Shown here one piece after another: positions 21,339-31,337 of a stretch of 64,000 bases of DNA. How positions within the stretch are numbered: position 1 is the stretch's first letter; each line of letters opens with the position of its first letter. A model generated the notes under the pieces. It had not been told where the DNA came from. It worked only from the letters and a program-made list of their open reading frames with translations, and searched no databases. Both the position numbers and the translations under genes were made by a program. Source of the stretch: an uncultured virus (IMG/VR IMGVR_UViG_3300026382_000273) (taxonomy: Duplodnaviria; Heunggongvirae; Uroviricota; Caudoviricetes); the IMG/VR virus record IMGVR_UViG_3300026382_000273, one strand, 5' to 3'.

Positions 21339-22727
21339 ATGTATTCAAATGATAAAAAATATAAACAATTTTTATATTTTTTTGATATAAGTTATCAAGA
21401 ATTATCTTCTTCATATAATCTTGTGAATTTTACTTATAAAAATATAATTGAATTATTTGATAAACATTTTGGTGTTTCATTTATAGAAACTATAAAAAAT
21501 TTTGACGAACTTATTAAAAAATCAAAAGAAAAAAAATATTCATTAGAATATGAACCATCTTATACTACAAAAGATGCTTTTGGAAAAATAATCCAGGTCA
21601 ATAGTGCTGAATTAAATTATTTTGATCAATTATTAAAATCATTATCTTCTTCTGATATTTTTACAAAAAATAGAAGAAAAAAACTTATGATATTATTTAA
21701 GCTTGGAAAAATACAACAATTAGAATTTTTAATAAATAATTTTTCTCAAGTTGAAAAATTAATAAATAAAGAAACTAGAAAATTTAAAAAAGAAAATATT
21801 ATACAAAATGAAAAGAAAAAAGAATTATTAATACTTACAAATATAAATAATATTTATAACTCATTATTAAATATAAAAAATTTTAATTTGATTGATGGTT
21901 TTTTACATTTAAATAAAGAAAAATTAGAAAATTTTGATGAAGAAGAAATGATAAAATTAATAAATGCATATAGTTCTGAATATTCAATAATTATAGAATA
22001 TATACAAAATTTAATATATTTAATTAATTTAAAAAAAGAAAATAGTAATATTAAAGATTATCAAAAATATATTACTGAATTTATAAAATATTTAGAAAAA
22101 GAACAACCAAAAGGGATTTTATTTGTAGAAATACAAGAAAACAAAAAGTTTGATGAAAATACAAGAAGAGAATTTCTTAAAACATATAAAAATCATCCTA
22201 TAATAAAATTATTTGGAAGTAAAAAATTAATAAAAAATGAGGATAAATTAGTTATAGAAAAAAAAAGAAAAATTCAAAAAGCATTAAAGGAAACAGATAA
22301 AATATTAACTGAAGGAAAAATCAAAGATAAAGAATTATTAGAAAAACTAAAAGATTTACAATTTAAAAGAAAAAAAGAATTAGAAATACTTTCAAAAAAA
22401 AATTTTGCTTTTGAAAAACTAATTAATTTAAGTATATTTTACGATAATTATTTAGAAAATAAAAATACTATTAAAATAATATTGGAAAATAATAATACAG
22501 AATTTAGTATAAAAAATATTAAAAATGCTAAAATAAAAGATATTCGTTTATTTGAAAAAGAAATAATTGAACTTTATAAAAAAGATTATAAAGATAAATA
22601 TAAAACATTAGAAGAATTTAAAATATATTTATTTAAATTAAACAATCAAGCTTTAAAAAAATATATTAAAAATAGTTTTATTCTTAAAGAAAAAAATAAT
22701 TTGGTGAATGAAATGGAAATTAAATAA
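21339..22727 (+). CDS. Hypothetical Lys/Glu-rich protein
   Basis: 462-aa ORF. Confidence 0.75.
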   Translation: MYSNDKKYKQFLYFFDISYQELSSSYNLVNFTYKNIIELFDKHFGVSFIETIKNFDELIKKSKEKKYSLEYEPSYTTKDAFGKIIQVNSAELNYFDQLLKSLSSSDIFTKNRRKKLMILFKLGKIQQLEFLINNFSQVEKLINKETRKFKKENIIQNEKKKELLILTNINNIYNSLLNIKNFNLIDGFLHLNKEKLENFDEEEMIKLINAYSSEYSIIIEYIQNLIYLINLKKENSNIKDYQKYITEFIKYLEKEQPKGILFVEIQENKKFDENTRREFLKTYKNHPIIKLFGSKKLIKNEDKLVIEKKRKIQKALKETDKILTEGKIKDKELLEKLKDLQFKRKKELEILSKKNFAFEKLINLSIFYDNYLENKNTIKIILENNNTEFSIKNIKNAKIKDIRLFEKEIIELYKKDYKDKYKTLEEFKIYLFKLNNQALKKYIKNSFILKEKNNLVNEMEIK

Positions 22728-23159
22728 TTATTTAGTATTTAATTGCTGTTCTATTAATTGTTGTATAATTTTACTTTGATTATTAATATTAATTTAAATA
22801 TTCTTCTAATACCATCAATATAGAATTATTAAAATCAACAATTATTTTATTTTTTAAAATTGTTTGATTTTTAAAATTTTCATTATTTAACCTTTTTAAT
22901 ATATTTTAAAAAATCTTTATATTCATTATTAAAAATATTAATTTTATTTTTATATTGTTAATATTATTGTTTTTTTCTTTCTTTTATGATATAATATTAC
23001 TAATAAAAGAAATAAAAGTTTTTAAATGATAATTGTAAAAGAAAAATTAATAATAAAAAAATTATTAAAAAATACTAGAATTACAAATGTAAAATTTAAT
23101 CATATCTACTTCTAAAACAGAAAAATTGATAATTATTTTAATAAGTAAAAGGAATTAAA

Positions 23160-23423
23160 ATGATAAAAATTAATAATGAAGAAACTTTAACAGCAGCAGC
23201 TTTTAGATATGCACTTGGAAGAAGTTCATATATTGTTTCTTCTGTTGTTGAAGATATTATAGAAAATATAGATAATATTAATAATACACATCTTAAAAGA
23301 ATGAAAGAAGAAATTGAAGAAGCAATTAATGAAAATAGAATTGGAATGAAAATGGATAAAAGAATGTGGTTAAGTTTAATTGAAGAAATAAATGAAAAAT
23401 TTAAAAAAGAAAATTATCATTAA
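23160..23423 (+). CDS. Hypothetical protein, phage-type
   Basis: AFRYALGRSSY motif, which I recall from phage hypothetical proteins. Confidence 0.65.
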   Translation: MIKINNEETLTAAAFRYALGRSSYIVSSVVEDIIENIDNINNTHLKRMKEEIEEAINENRIGMKMDKRMWLSLIEEINEKFKKENYH

Positions 23424-23429
23424 ATATTT

Positions 23430-23768
23430 TTAATTAAATGTATTATATATTTTCCAAATTATAAAAGCACTAATAAACCAAAAAGAAATAGAAATTATAA
23501 AAGCTATAATTGTATTAGTTTTATTTATTAAAATATATAAAGATATTAAATAAACTGCATAAGGAATAAGTGAATATAATTCAAATATTATTGTATTTTG
23601 TAATTGTATAATCGGTTTCACGCCATTTTTTAATATTAATATATGTGCTATTAAAGCAAAAGTTGGAAATAAAGGGATTAATCCACTTATTACATAATAT
23701 TTTGTTCTTGATATAAAATCAATGATAAGAACTATAAGTCCTCCTATAATAAACTTTAAAAACAACAT
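23430..23768 (-). CDS. GlpM family membrane protein
   Basis: GLIPLFPTFALIAH signature. Confidence 0.85.
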   Translation of the reverse strand: MLFLKFIIGGLIVLIIDFISRTKYYVISGLIPLFPTFALIAHILILKNGVKPIIQLQNTIIFELYSLIPYAVYLISLYILINKTNTIIAFIISISFWFISAFIIWKIYNTFN

Positions 23769-23773
23769 AGATT

Positions 23774-24310
23774 TTATCCATAAATTTTTTTAATTCTAGT
23801 ATATTCAGGGTCTGTTGATTTTACAAATACTCCATCAGGTGTCAAAATACCTTCTCTGTCTTTAATATCATTATATGCATGTATTAAGCATTCCTCAATA
23901 GTAAAACCGTTAATATGTGCTAATTCAACCAAATCTTCTGCTATATTTGACATAATATCAATAATATTATTTTGTTTTTTAAGAATAGCATCTGTTAAAT
24001 TACCTAATTTTTCAGTAATAATTAATATTTTTGTTTTATTATCACTTCTAGTAAAAGAAAATACTGCTGAAGGAAATTCTAATTCTTTTGATGTTTTAAA
24101 TTCATTTTGAAAAATACCTTCTAACATAAACATTACAACAAACATATCACCAATTCCATCTTTTATTTCTTTTGGATCATTTTTTAAAATTCCATTTACA
24201 ACTTCACCGTATTCACTTATGAGTTTTAATCCTTGTGCCTGTAATGTTCCGTTAATTCTAAGTTTTGTTCTATTTCCCCATTCTTTAATTTTATTAATTA
24301 TTTCTTCCAT
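23774..24310 (-). CDS. MazG-like NTP pyrophosphohydrolase
   Basis: KLISEYGE, KDGIGD, AYNDIKDREG...GVFVK. Confidence 0.82.
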   Translation of the reverse strand: MEEIINKIKEWGNRTKLRINGTLQAQGLKLISEYGEVVNGILKNDPKEIKDGIGDMFVVMFMLEGIFQNEFKTSKELEFPSAVFSFTRSDNKTKILIITEKLGNLTDAILKKQNNIIDIMSNIAEDLVELAHINGFTIEECLIHAYNDIKDREGILTPDGVFVKSTDPEYTRIKKIYG

Positions 24311-24415
24311 TTTTTATCCTTTTTAATTTTTAAAAATTATAAAAAAAAGTAAAAAGAAAACAATTAATAATAAATATACAAAATAAGATTGAATTATTAA
24401 AAAAGAATATTACAA

Positions 24416-24640
24416 TTAATCTTTGTTTAAAAATTCTAAAAATTTATCATAAAAAAGTGTCCAAATAATTCCAATAATTAATAGAACAACTGCAACCCAA
24501 GAACCTAAAGCAATTGAAATTGCTATTAATAATAAAGGTATATAATCGTCTGTAGAGTATTTATAATTTCTAAATTTTCTAAGTATTTTTAAAAAAACTG
24601 TTAATAAAACCAAAGCAAGTAAAGATCCAAAAATATACAT
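24416..24640 (-). CDS. Small membrane protein
   Basis: ATG at 24640 after AAGGAG (track start 24673); hydrophobic. Confidence 0.6.
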   Translation of the reverse strand: MYIFGSLLALVLLTVFLKILRKFRNYKYSTDDYIPLLLIAISIALGSWVAVVLLIIGIIWTLFYDKFLEFLNKD

Positions 24641-24814
24641 TTTATTCTCCTTTAATATAATAATTATTTTCAAAGTAATTTATATTAATAATATTATAAC
24701 ATATTTTAATATAAAAGTCAAAGATTTTAAGTATTTCTTTTAAAATTAAAAGAATTAACAAATTCGTTGTTAGAATTTAATCTTATTGCGATAACAGTAT
24801 TATTTGCTGTCAAT

Positions 24815-24841
24815 AAAAAACCCTATCTTTTATGATAGGGT
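24815..24841 (-). terminator. Probable intrinsic terminator after the AAA ATPase gene
   Basis: 8-bp stem ACCCTATC/GATAGGGT with 6-nt loop followed by a U-run on the minus strand. Confidence 0.6.
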
Positions 24842-24887
24842 AGAGGAAGGAAGTAAATTAAATTATTAAAAAAATTGTATAAAATAA

Positions 24888-26396
24888 TTAAATAATTTTT
24901 CTTTTTTTAGAAATTGTTTTTTTATTTTCTTCAATATAATCTTCTTCCACCATTTTATTATTTGCAGGAACAAATCCATATTTGATAAGATTTCTAATAT
25001 TTTCAACTTTTTGTGGATCAGTTTTATAAATAGGTGAAATATATTTTACCATATCTAAAACATTATCTGTTTTTATTTCTTTTCTGTCAAGATATGCATA
25101 AAAACTTTCTTTTATTAATTGTTCTATTTCAGCACCTGTAAAATATTGTGTTGCTTTTACAATTTCTTCAATATTAACATCATAATTTATTTTAGTTAAT
25201 TTTTTCATTTTATCTAAATGAATTTGAATAATTTTTTTTCTTTCATCTTTGTTTGGAAAATCAACAAAGAATTTTCTATCAAATCTTCCTGCTCTTTGTA
25301 ATTCCAACGGAATAGAACCATTTGCGGTTGCTATTAAATAAATTTTTTCTTTTCTTTCTTGAAGCCAATTTAAAAATATTCCAAGTATTCTATCGCTTAC
25401 CCCACTATCACTATTTGATTTATTAAATATTTTATCTATTTCATCAATAAGTAATACCATAGGAGCAAAAGCTTCAATTTTTTCCAAAATATAATACATT
25501 TTTCTTTCGCTTTCACCAACATATTTATTAAAAATTCTTCCAATATCAAATTGAATTAAAGGAACACCTAATACATTAGCAACAACTTTTGCAAAAGTTG
25601 TTTTACCTGTTCCTGGTAATCCTTGAAGAAATATACCTTTAACAGGTAATTTTTTATCCCATGCATTTTTAATTATTTTAATATAATCTTTAAGATTATC
25701 AAGTCCTCCAACTTCTTCTGGTTTAATAGTTTCAAGCATTGAAAGATTATTATCTCTTAAAATTTTTAATTTTTCTTTTTCTATTTCTTTGAAAATTTCA
25801 ATACCTTTTCTTTTTTTGGAATTATTATTTCTAACTTTTTTTTCTGCGGCTAATAAAGTATAATTCTGAATTTCAGGAATTGACATTCCTTTAAATAAAT
25901 TAACTAATTTTTTAATTTCTGTTTTATTAAAAATAGGTTTTGTATCTGGATTATATCCTTGTTCCATTGCCATTGCAGTTATATAATAATCTTCAAGTTC
26001 TGTTAATATAATTCCCTCAATTCTTTCATCTGATAATGGTTCAGGATATATACTGTAAATTTCATTTTCATTAACTTCTGGATCTGAAATTACATAAATA
26101 ATTCCATTTTCTTTTAGATAATCTGTAATTTCTTTTAATACAGGGATTTTTTCTTTCGGTTTAAAAGCAAAATATGGGTCAAATATAATAATTCTATCTG
26201 CTTCTTCATATTCATTGACAATTTTAGCGATATTTTGTTCATTCGGAATAAATTTAAAACCAACTGTTTTTAATTTAATATCATATTTAAGTTCTTCAAT
26301 AGCAAATAATAGTTCTAATTTTGATCTATAAGTATCACTGTTAATTAAATTAATTACAGGGAAACCAAGTTTAATAGCAATTTTAAGTTCTTCCAT
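24888..26396 (-). CDS. AAA+ ATPase (Ycf46-like)
   Basis: VGGLDNLK, GLPGTGKT, KYVGESE, LLIDEIDK, RAGRFD. Confidence 0.9.
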   Translation of the reverse strand: MEELKIAIKLGFPVINLINSDTYRSKLELLFAIEELKYDIKLKTVGFKFIPNEQNIAKIVNEYEEADRIIIFDPYFAFKPKEKIPVLKEITDYLKENGIIYVISDPEVNENEIYSIYPEPLSDERIEGIILTELEDYYITAMAMEQGYNPDTKPIFNKTEIKKLVNLFKGMSIPEIQNYTLLAAEKKVRNNNSKKRKGIEIFKEIEKEKLKILRDNNLSMLETIKPEEVGGLDNLKDYIKIIKNAWDKKLPVKGIFLQGLPGTGKTTFAKVVANVLGVPLIQFDIGRIFNKYVGESERKMYYILEKIEAFAPMVLLIDEIDKIFNKSNSDSGVSDRILGIFLNWLQERKEKIYLIATANGSIPLELQRAGRFDRKFFVDFPNKDERKKIIQIHLDKMKKLTKINYDVNIEEIVKATQYFTGAEIEQLIKESFYAYLDRKEIKTDNVLDMVKYISPIYKTDPQKVENIRNLIKYGFVPANNKMVEEDYIEENKKTISKKRKII

Positions 26397-26510
26397 TTTT
26401 TTCCTTTAAATCATTAGTTGTATAAAATTATATCATAATATTAATATTATTGCAAGGTTTTTATTAATAAATATTTAATTTTTTATAATTTTTATAAAAA
26501 AGGAATTTTT

Positions 26511-27581
26511 ATGATTGTTATATCTTTATTTGACGGAATATCTATTGGTAAAATGGCATTAAAAGATATAGGAATTAATATTAAACGATACTATAGCTCA
26601 GAAATAGATAAATATGCTATTGCTATATCTAATTATAATTTTCCAGAAGATAAATCATATAGACTTGGGGATATTAAAAATATAGATGGTAAAAAGTTAT
26701 TAAAAGAAATAAAAAAAGAATTTCCTAATGAAAAAATCTTTTTAATAGGTGGAAGTCCTTGTACTGATTTAAGTATATCAGGAAAAAGAAAAGGAATGAT
26801 AACAAAAAATAATATAGAAATAACTTCATTAAAACAATATTTAGAATTAAAAATTTCTGGATTCGAATTTGAAGGACAGTCATATCTTTTTTGGGAATAT
26901 ATAAGATTAAGAGAAGAAATAAAACCAGATTATATTTTTTTAGAAAATGTTAGAATGTCTAAAAAATGGAGGGAAGTTTTTAACAAAATAGTAGGTTTTG
27001 AACCTGTTGAAATAAATTCGGCATTAGTTTCAGCCCAACAAAGAAAAAGATTATATTGGACAGGTAAAAAAATTAATAATAATCCTTTAAAATATGAAAA
27101 AATTGAAATACCACAACCAGAAGATCAAAAAATTTTTTTAAAAGATATTTTACTTCCTAATACATATACAGAAAGAGAAAAATCCTTATGTATTACAGCA
27201 ACATATTCAAATGCTTGTCCTAGAGATTATTTTTTAAAAAGTAATAGACAAATGGTATTTAATAAACCTGTTCGTATTGGAACAATAGGCAAAGGTGGGC
27301 AAGGTGAACGAATTTATAGTATAGAAGGTAAAAGCGTCACTTTAAGTGCAAATGGTGGTGGAAGAGGGGCAAAAACTGGATTATATTTATTAGATAATAA
27401 TGTTAGAAAATTACATCCAATTGAATGTGAAAGATTACAAACTTTACCAGACGATTATACAAGATATGGCGATTTTGACGGAAAAATTAAAGAAATATCT
27501 AAAACACAAAGATATAAAACATTAGGAAATGGTTGGACTATGAAGGTTGTTAGTCATATATTTAGAAATATATTTAAGTAA
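26511..27581 (+). CDS. DNA (cytosine-5)-methyltransferase, phage-type
   Basis: SLFDG, GGSPC, FLENV, QQRKRLYW, ERLQT, LGNGW; no adjacent endonuclease. Confidence 0.92.
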   Translation: MIVISLFDGISIGKMALKDIGINIKRYYSSEIDKYAIAISNYNFPEDKSYRLGDIKNIDGKKLLKEIKKEFPNEKIFLIGGSPCTDLSISGKRKGMITKNNIEITSLKQYLELKISGFEFEGQSYLFWEYIRLREEIKPDYIFLENVRMSKKWREVFNKIVGFEPVEINSALVSAQQRKRLYWTGKKINNNPLKYEKIEIPQPEDQKIFLKDILLPNTYTEREKSLCITATYSNACPRDYFLKSNRQMVFNKPVRIGTIGKGGQGERIYSIEGKSVTLSANGGGRGAKTGLYLLDNNVRKLHPIECERLQTLPDDYTRYGDFDGKIKEISKTQRYKTLGNGWTMKVVSHIFRNIFK

Positions 27582-27638
27582 TCCTCTTTGTCCAATTACA
27601 GCGACATTGATTAACTTACCTATATTTAATTAAAATAA

Positions 27639-28949
27639 TTATTCACCTATTTCATTGATGTTAAAATTGCATAAGCTTGTATTGGTTTCTCTTATATCAA
27701 AAACATGTCCATTACATGAAGCATTGAATTTAAAATATTTTTTTAATCTGTTATTTGTATTAAAAATTTCATCTCTTAATTTGTCATTTATAATAGCATT
27801 ATCAATTGTAAATTTTACTGCTTGGTAACCTTTTAAATTTAGTTTCTTGGCTCTTTCAAATAAAATATTGTTTTCACAATCAATCGCATTATTAATAATT
27901 TTGGAAGTTTCGAATACAGGATTTTCTAAGACTTTTTGTGTAGCTTTTGTATATTGCATAGCAATTGCTATTTTTATTTTCGGGTATTTTTGGATTGAAT
28001 AAGTTTTTAGTATCCAAATTTCCACATCATCCCTAATACCGTTATTATTCAAATCGATTCCAAGAAGGGTTTCGTTATTCTTTTTTTCATCAGGTATAGG
28101 TGGTAAGATGTTACATACAATCAGTCGATACATATTTTCAGGTTTTTGATATTCTATTTTTACTTCAAAATCAATTAATTCTCCATCTGCGTGGATAGCC
28201 CCTTTTACTAAACTATTTGGATTTGCTTTTAAAATAACATTCGAATAACCGTAAAGATAAAAATTACCTCTTAATTTTCCTTTTGTTTCAATACTGAAGT
28301 TATCAATTGAATAGATTAAAAGAGCATTTGAATTTTTTTTTTCATTTAAAAAAATATTAAGAGGAAGTGATTTGTTATTTTTTATTTCAAAGTTTTTTAC
28401 AAAAATTCTACTGTTATTTGGTGTTTGAATTTTAAATCCGTTTTTATAAACCCTTAATGAAGGTATTCTTTCATCACTAATTTTTATATCTTCAATATAA
28501 TAATCACCTCCTTTAAATATTAAAGTAGCACTTCCAGTATTATCAGTAATTGATTTTATTTTTTGGATGTTTGTAAGTGATTTTTCTGTGTAAGGAGCTT
28601 TGAATGTGATGGTTATATTTGGTTTTGTAATGATTATTTCTCCAATGTCGGATGAATTTATTTCTATATTTTTATCGACATAAATCATATTGGAACTATT
28701 TGAAATTTTAAAAGTAATTTCAGGTAATTTTTTGTTATAACTTTTACGCTTACACAGATTTTTTAGCGAATTAATTGAAGTTTTACAAATAAACTTTCCT
28801 TCTATTATCGGTGAATTTAATGTATTATCAGCATTTTTAAGCTTCGCCATTCCTTTTATTTTTGTATTTGAGCTTAAAGCGTCTGGAAAGTAAGTTTCAC
28901 AGCTTATTCCTAATATTGTGGCTAAAAAAATCGTTGTTAATTTTTTCAT
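27639..28949 (-). CDS. Secreted protein with a GIDxNxNGIRDDVE Ca-binding-like motif
   Basis: Signal peptide; PPIPDEKKNNETLLGIDLNNNGIRDDVE. Confidence 0.7.
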   Translation of the reverse strand: MKKLTTIFLATILGISCETYFPDALSSNTKIKGMAKLKNADNTLNSPIIEGKFICKTSINSLKNLCKRKSYNKKLPEITFKISNSSNMIYVDKNIEINSSDIGEIIITKPNITITFKAPYTEKSLTNIQKIKSITDNTGSATLIFKGGDYYIEDIKISDERIPSLRVYKNGFKIQTPNNSRIFVKNFEIKNNKSLPLNIFLNEKKNSNALLIYSIDNFSIETKGKLRGNFYLYGYSNVILKANPNSLVKGAIHADGELIDFEVKIEYQKPENMYRLIVCNILPPIPDEKKNNETLLGIDLNNNGIRDDVEIWILKTYSIQKYPKIKIAIAMQYTKATQKVLENPVFETSKIINNAIDCENNILFERAKKLNLKGYQAVKFTIDNAIINDKLRDEIFNTNNRLKKYFKFNASCNGHVFDIRETNTSLCNFNINEIGE

Positions 28950-29031
28950 ATTTTCACTTTCTATTTTAGATTGGTAATTTAACTTTTATATTTAGATAGA
29001 ATATTCTTGTTTTAGACCCAACAAAAAAAAA

Positions 29032-29232
29032 TTAAGAGATTTCTATTTCAATCCCTGCTTTTTCTAATTTATTTTTTATAACTCCCAATCTGTGTGGATT
29101 AATCTTTGCTGTTTCCCATAGAAATACACTTTTTAGTCTTTTCAGTGGAACGATATATTTTAAATCTTTTTCTGTAATTCCTTCAAGTTTTGTTGTTTTT
29201 TCTTTTCTATTAAAAAAAATTTTAGCTTTCAT
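29032..29232 (-). CDS. Hypothetical protein
   Basis: 66 aa, AAAGGA RBS. Confidence 0.6.
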   Translation of the reverse strand: MKAKIFFNRKEKTTKLEGITEKDLKYIVPLKRLKSVFLWETAKINPHRLGVIKNKLEKAGIEIEIS

Positions 29233-29249
29233 TTAAATCCTTTGTTTAA

Positions 29250-29297
29250 TTTTGTTTTAACAATAAAATTATAATATATTTATTTGTTAAAACAAAA
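29250..29297. promoter_or_regulatory. 14-bp perfect inverted repeat flanking a -10 box (operator-like)
   Basis: TTTTGTTTTAACAA (29250-29263) and TTGTTAAAACAAAA (29284-29297) with a 20-nt spacer containing TATAAT. Confidence 0.45.
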
Positions 29298-29428
29298 AAA
29301 TCAAAGTTGTATTTATAATGTTTTTTGTTTTGTTATTTAATTCAAAATGTATTTTTTTCTTTTTATATTAATAGTTTGATATAATATTAATATTATTTTA
29401 AAAATTATTGAATTTACAAAGGTGTATT

Positions 29429-29818
29429 ATGAAAACTATATTACAAAAACTAAGTAAAGAATATATAACATATGAAGTTTCTTATGATATTAAAAAACAA
29501 AATATAATTTATTTATTAAAAAAAAATGATATAAATAAAATAATTGAAATTTATTGGAAACATGAATTTAAAAAGTGGCTTTTAGTTAAAAAAAATAATA
29601 AATTTTATCTTAATTTTAAAAATAAATATTTCCCTTTAACTTTTAGTTTTGAAAAGAAAAAATTTTATATTTATACTCCTATTGAAAAATTTCCAAACGA
29701 AAAATTAAAAAAACAAAGGATTTTTAAATTTCCCTTTAAATATAAAGCATATAATGTATTAAAATTGCGTTCTAAGCTTGAAATATATCATAAATATAAT
29801 ATTTTAGAAAAAATATAA
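29429..29818 (+). CDS. Hypothetical protein
   Basis: ATG after AAAGG (track start 29408). Confidence 0.6.
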   Translation: MKTILQKLSKEYITYEVSYDIKKQNIIYLLKKNDINKIIEIYWKHEFKKWLLVKKNNKFYLNFKNKYFPLTFSFEKKKFYIYTPIEKFPNEKLKKQRIFKFPFKYKAYNVLKLRSKLEIYHKYNILEKI

Positions 29819-29827
29819 GGAATCTAC

Positions 29828-30247
29828 ATGAAAATATTAATAAGTCATGGATGGGGTGCTGGTTGGGGAAGTTATGAAGGTATTAAATATGCAATTGATA
29901 AAAATCTTATAAATTTTGTTGAAAAAAATAAGGATTGGCAACAAATAGCAAGAAGATTAGAAAATATACTTTCTGATTATCAACAAGAAGAAAAATATGA
30001 ATTTAATATCCCTTTATTATATCAAGACTTAAAATGTTTTCTAAAAAATAATTTTTATGATAAAGAATTTGAGCTTTTAGAAATATTTGAAAATATTGAT
30101 AAAAATAAAATACCATATATTAGTGCATTTTGTGAATGTGAAATATATAAAATCACAAAAGACAGTTATTATAGAATTAATGAAGAAGAGGGTGCAGAAA
30201 ATTTGGAAATTTTGGATTTATCTAAATGGTATAAAGCTATTGATTAA
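29828..30247 (+). CDS. Hypothetical protein, phage-type
   Basis: KILISHGWGAGW N-terminal motif. Confidence 0.65.
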   Translation: MKILISHGWGAGWGSYEGIKYAIDKNLINFVEKNKDWQQIARRLENILSDYQQEEKYEFNIPLLYQDLKCFLKNNFYDKEFELLEIFENIDKNKIPYISAFCECEIYKITKDSYYRINEEEGAENLEILDLSKWYKAID

Positions 30248-31265
30248 TAATCATAGCTATTAATTCTTTTGCAAATAATGGTGGAACGGCATTACCTATC
30301 ATGATTCTTTTTTCAGTATCATTTCCTTTAAATATATAATCATCAGGAAAAGTTTGTATTCTTGCGGCTTCTCTTAAAGTTAATGCACGATTATATTCAG
30401 GATGAATACAATTACTACTAGAAGGAACACAATAGTTTCTTGTAATTGTTGGTGCAGGTTTATTCATTCTATTCTTTTATAAGTATTTGAAAAACCTGAT
30501 TTTGGTTTTAAATGTTCTGGAATATTATTTATTTCATGTGCAGATTTACCTTCTGGAATATATTTAAATAACTCTATTATTTCTTTTTGTGATTTTTTGC
30601 AATATGTTCTGTTAAGATATTATTAGAAATATTTTTTCTATAATATTCTTGAAGTTTATTTTGTGGTGAAATCAAATATTGATTTGCTTCTTCACCTGCA
30701 TGTATTTCAGGCAAATCATTTGTTGCTTCTTTAAAAGTCCATATTTTATTATTTTGTTTTGGAAAATTAATTTTGTTGTGTAAACTGCCTATTATTATAA
30801 ACCTTTCTCTATGTTGTGGAACATTATAATGTTTAGTATTTAATATTCCGTAATTAAGTTTATATCCATTTTTAAATATTATTAATATTTCATTTAATAA
30901 TTGTCCTTTTGCAAAACTTGGAAAACCTTTAACATTTTCAAATATAAAAAAATTTGGTTTTAATTCAATAACAAGTCTTGCATATTCCTTTACTAATAAC
31001 GCCCTTTTATCATCTAATGCTCTTTTACCTACAGTTGAAAAAGCTTGACAAGGAGGACCGCCTATTATTAAATCTAATTTTTTATTAAAGTTTTTTTCTT
31101 TATATTTTTAATATCTGTATTATATATTATTGTATTTTTGTGATATTGTTCATATGTTTCAATTGCTGATTGCCAAATATCGATTGAATATAAAGGTTCT
31201 ATATTGTTTAATTTTAAACCTAAGCTAAAACCTCCTGCACCACAAAATAAATCTAAAACATTCAA
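30237..31265 (-). pseudogene. DNA (cytosine-5)-methyltransferase with three 1-nt frameshifts
   Basis: DLFCGAGG; then GGPPCQAFS, FENVKG, VPQHRER in a second frame; IPEGKS..KSGFSNTY in a third; PAPTIT..REAARIQTFP..IGNAVPP in the last segment. Shifts near 31095, 30595 and 30466. Confidence 0.88.
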
Positions 31266-31337
31266 AATTTTTTCCTTATTTATTAATATTTTGTTATTAT
31301 TTTAACTAAAAATAAAATTATATAAAAAAGGTATTAA

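Noticed and set aside
29009..29019. GTTTTAGACCC, resembling the start of a type II CRISPR repeat
   Set aside because: Single 11-nt match, no array, no cas genes.
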